Positions 37,821 through 40,421 of a stretch of 40,421 bases of DNA are shown piece after piece. The first letter of the stretch is position 1, and the number at the start of each line of letters is the position of its first letter. The position numbers were made by a program, and so were the translations under genes. The stretch comes from a bacterium (GTDB taxonomy: Bacteria > Patescibacteriota > Minisyncoccia > UBA6257 > GWB1-50-10): the NCBI GenBank assembly GCA_021814545.1, contig JAKAID010000003.1, positions 1 through 40,421 of the forward strand, in the 5' to 3' direction. The notes under the pieces are model-generated. The model worked only from the letters and a program-made list of their open reading frames with translations, was not told the origin of the DNA and made no database searches.

Positions 37821-38525
37821 TTACTTTTTCCAACTATTTTTTATCGTCGCGTAGTGCGCAAGCAATGAATCGAAATTTTTGTGTGCTCGCCACTCATCCA
37901 CAAGCAACGCGCGCAATTTTTGATGCTCTGGGTAGCCCCTATCAGGGCGTGAGAACATCCCCGGCATCTCTTCGTTCAATAAAAACGTTGTTGCCTCCTG
38001 GATATCCCAAAATTCTTTTGCGCTTAGCTTCAACACCTCTTTGCACTGCCTCCAGTATTTTCTAATGAATGCAAAATGTAACAGCTCGTGCGCGACGACC
38101 GCGTCCGCGCCGGTGTCACCCAGCTTCGCCATAAACCATCCTTCCTTGATATTGAACGGACAACTTCCGAGGTTGGTAAGATATGCAGTAAATGTTTCTC
38201 CCGCGGAGAATGCCCCGGGGAAAATGTGCTCAATTTTTTCAAAATAGGCATTATTCACCATCATCCATTTTTCGGAAAATAATTTTATTCTTTGCTCAAT
38301 AAGCTCTCGCACGTTCTCATGTTCGCCTTTCAAATGTGCGGCGATTTTTGTACGCTGCTCATCAGCGGCCCCCAAACCTCTCATTTCTGCCACAAATTCG
38401 GCGGGAAGCCTTCCGAACATCCAAGAAACGTCTTCCCGCGGATCGTGGTGCGAGGGCTCATTAATCACCCGCAATGCATTCCAAATATCTTTTTCAAGGT
38501 CGTATGCAAAGTGAACACGAGGCAT
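37821..38525 (-). CDS. Hypothetical protein with an HExxH motif (putative zinc metallopeptidase)
   Basis: VAHELLHFAF contains HELLH. The start is set at the ATG at 38525 (MPRVHF...), because the ORF-track TTG at 38564 lies inside the upstream terminator hairpin. I cannot name a family. Confidence 0.6.
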   Translation of the reverse strand: MPRVHFAYDLEKDIWNALRVINEPSHHDPREDVSWMFGRLPAEFVAEMRGLGAADEQRTKIAAHLKGEHENVRELIEQRIKLFSEKWMMVNNAYFEKIEHIFPGAFSAGETFTAYLTNLGSCPFNIKEGWFMAKLGDTGADAVVAHELLHFAFIRKYWRQCKEVLKLSAKEFWDIQEATTFLLNEEMPGMFSRPDRGYPEHQKLRALLVDEWRAHKNFDSLLAHYATIKNSWKK

Positions 38526-38562
38526 TACTCTATCATAGAGAACATCGCTCCTTTTTGTAAAC

Positions 38563-38592
38563 AAAATCCCCGCATTTCTACGGGGGATTTTT
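38563..38592 (-). terminator. Rho-independent terminator after the large surface-protein gene
   Basis: AAATCCCCG (38564-38572) pairs with CGGGGGATTT (38581-38590) with a one-G bulge. A T-run follows on the minus strand. Confidence 0.7.
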
Positions 38593-38595
38593 CCT

Positions 38596-40421
38596 TTATC
38601 GCTCTTTAATGTCCCTTATCTTCTTCGGCTGTGCGCCGGTGCTTCCGAGCACCTGCTGGCGGTAGGAGCATGCGGTGCCGCCATCCGTTACCGTAAGCGT
38701 TACCTTGTCGGTCGAAGAGGCGGTCGCGGGGTCGAATATCGCGGTCGCGGTCGGACCATTCGTGCCCGTCGAGGTCGCGTTCGGGAATACCCACTGCCAG
38801 AGCCAACCGGTCGAAGGATATGCGCCACCCGAGCGGTCGAGCGTGCTCGTGCCCGAGAAGTTGATGGGCCATGCAGTCCTCCCCGGCGTCGGGCTCCACG
38901 TGAATTGCACGAGCGGGTAGTAATGCGTCGGCGTCGTCATCGGCGCGCTCTTTACTTCGGGCGACCAGCCCGTGCCATCGAATGCGGAAACGCCCACCGT
39001 GAACGCCGTGTTCTTCGCGAGAATGCTCAAGGGCGCAAAGAGGTTGTAGCGGCCATAGGTCGTGCTCGTCGTTGCAATATACGGCAACCCGGAGCTTGCG
39101 TTGTAGAACGTTATCTTCGCCTGCTGCTGCGCATTGCTTCCGGAATAATTCCAGGTAATCGCGTAGTAGGGGTCGTCATCGCACCAGGTGCCGCCCGTGC
39201 GGTCGGGGTTTATCATCGAACCCTCTGAAACGGATACGTTCGACACGACCGGCGCCCCGCCCATCGTCGCACCGAACGAAAGCCACCCGGTGATGTTGCT
39301 CCCCCATGCCTGCCCGCCCAATGCGCCCGTCGCCGGGTCATAGGTCACGCCGTAATTCACCGCCGATTGTGCGTAAGCACGCGCGATGCGGTCAGCTTCT
39401 GCGAACGTCGCGGCGGTTTTTGCTTTGATACCGCTCCAGCTCGTAAAGTCTCCCTGCGAAATGAATGTGCCCCAAATGCGATGTGCGGAGAATGGCTTCC
39501 ACTCCGCGCTCGCTGTGCGCGCATTATCTGCCACGCCCGCGAGCGTTGCGGGGGCGCTATTCAAGCTCACCCATCCGTCCCACCCGGTACTTGAAGCCGC
39601 AATGAACTTTGCCCAGCCGAGAAGCCTGTTGGGCGTTACCGAAGTATCAAGCTGCGCCACGCAGTGCCCGTCCGGACAACCCGCAAGGTCTGCCTTGTTG
39701 AAGGAAAGCCATACATAACCGTGGCCACCCGTAAGCAACCCATACGCGACGCCATGGAGCTCGTTCGTGTCGTCTGCGAACACGTTGTACTTCACGTTGC
39801 TGCAGTTCGTGCCATCCGTTTCGCAGCTCACGCTCACCCAGCCAATTCCAGTCGTGCCCACACTTCCCCATGCAGTGCCATTCAGCCTCGCCTTTACGTT
39901 AAGGTTCAGCGGCGCTGCTTCAGAAACCGTCTGTGCCGACGGCGTGCGAATGCGGAACTGATATTTTTTTGCGATAGAGAGCCCGGGGAGCGACGCGGTC
40001 GAAGATACGTTCGTAGACGCAGACTTTACGACATCCTGCACGGTCGTGAACGTGGGGCTTAAGGGGTCGGGCGACTGCTGGACCTGATACTGCGTGTTGG
40101 GGTGCACATTGGACCACGAGAGCACTACGTCCGCCGTGCTCGGGCCCGCGTAACTCGCCCTCGCCACAAGCCCCATCGTTTCTTGCTTGTAGGAAAACGC
40201 GTCGGGGAGAATGATGGCGGGGACTTCTGCCGAAAAATCGGAGCAGCCGACGTTGCCGCTCGTGTTCGCACACGCGCGCACCTTGTAGGTATACGAGGTG
40301 TTGTAGGCGACTGCCGTATCATTTATCGAATTCGCAGAGGTCGAGGTGAGGAGCGCATACGCGCCGGCTCCTGTTCTTTTCCATATCTCGACATATGTTG
40401 CCCCGGGTGCGGGGTTCCAGG
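38596..40421 (-). CDS. Partial CDS (N-terminus beyond the window end): large secreted surface protein with FN3-like and G-W-[IVL]-S-[FVL] repeat regions
   Basis: The frame stays open from 40419 to the stop at 38596. The stretch upstream of the ORF-track GTG reads WNPAPGATYVEIWKRTGAGAYALLTSTSANSINDTAVAYNTSYTYKVRACAN, a pattern like an FN3 C-terminal strand. Repeats GIGWVSVSCE, GYVWLSFN, GWDGWVSLNS and GWLSFG are present. Confidence 0.85.
   Translation of the reverse strand, partial: WNPAPGATYVEIWKRTGAGAYALLTSTSANSINDTAVAYNTSYTYKVRACANTSGNVGCSDFSAEVPAIILPDAFSYKQETMGLVARASYAGPSTADVVLSWSNVHPNTQYQVQQSPDPLSPTFTTVQDVVKSASTNVSSTASLPGLSIAKKYQFRIRTPSAQTVSEAAPLNLNVKARLNGTAWGSVGTTGIGWVSVSCETDGTNCSNVKYNVFADDTNELHGVAYGLLTGGHGYVWLSFNKADLAGCPDGHCVAQLDTSVTPNRLLGWAKFIAASSTGWDGWVSLNSAPATLAGVADNARTASAEWKPFSAHRIWGTFISQGDFTSWSGIKAKTAATFAEADRIARAYAQSAVNYGVTYDPATGALGGQAWGSNITGWLSFGATMGGAPVVSNVSVSEGSMINPDRTGGTWCDDDPYYAITWNYSGSNAQQQAKITFYNASSGLPYIATTSTTYGRYNLFAPLSILAKNTAFTVGVSAFDGTGWSPEVKSAPMTTPTHYYPLVQFTWSPTPGRTAWPINFSGTSTLDRSGGAYPSTGWLWQWVFPNATSTGTNGPTATAIFDPATASSTDKVTLTVTDGGTACSYRQQVLGSTGAQPKKIRDIKER

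Noticed and set aside
38526-38564. The ORF-track TTG start (38564) for the HExxH protein.
   Set aside because: That codon lies inside the terminator hairpin of the upstream gene. The ATG at 38525 follows an AAGGAG-containing region.

Overview
This is a 40.4-kb chromosomal segment that looks fairly GC-rich by eye; I did not compute G+C. The gene content and organisation suggest a small-genome, CPR/Patescibacteria-like bacterium, which is an inference. Housekeeping genes present are cysS, dnaB, recR, rplU, NAD kinase, cca, recG, pheS/pheT, gatC/gatA and ligA. There are seven tRNA genes. An 11-kb minus-strand type IV pilus operon (pilM-N-O, pilB, pilT, pilC, two pilins, pilD, four minor pilins) has no secretin gene and runs directly into ligA-gatCA, with comF divergent. 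I found no rRNA, CRISPR array, transposase or integrase.

The observations most worth a second look are these:
1. A visibly AT-richer island (about 36.0-38.6 kb) carries a self-contained candidate graspetide RiPP cassette. It has a promoter, an unannotated 32-aa Thr/Ser/Asp-rich precursor, an attenuator hairpin, an MvdD-like ATP-grasp ligase and a terminator. Part of the island is bracketed by an imperfect duplicate of the comF 3' end.
2. A family of structured, hairpin-rich elements flanks four tRNA genes (Ala, Pro, Arg, Asp). Each 3' element starts with an inverted copy and ends with a direct copy of the cognate tRNA's own 3' end. Two related 5' elements duplicate the tRNA 5' ends.
3. At nine genes a -10-like hexamer lies only 7-12 nt upstream of the start codon with no Shine-Dalgarno sequence, which suggests leaderless mRNAs. 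One CDS starts 4 nt after a tRNA.
4. A perfect 34-nt palindrome contains TGTGA-N6-TCACA.
5. Secreted proteins at both window ends share a G-W-[IVL]-S-[FVL] repeat.

All coordinates were cross-checked against ORF-track anchors. Homology calls rest on motif recognition only, because no searches could be run.
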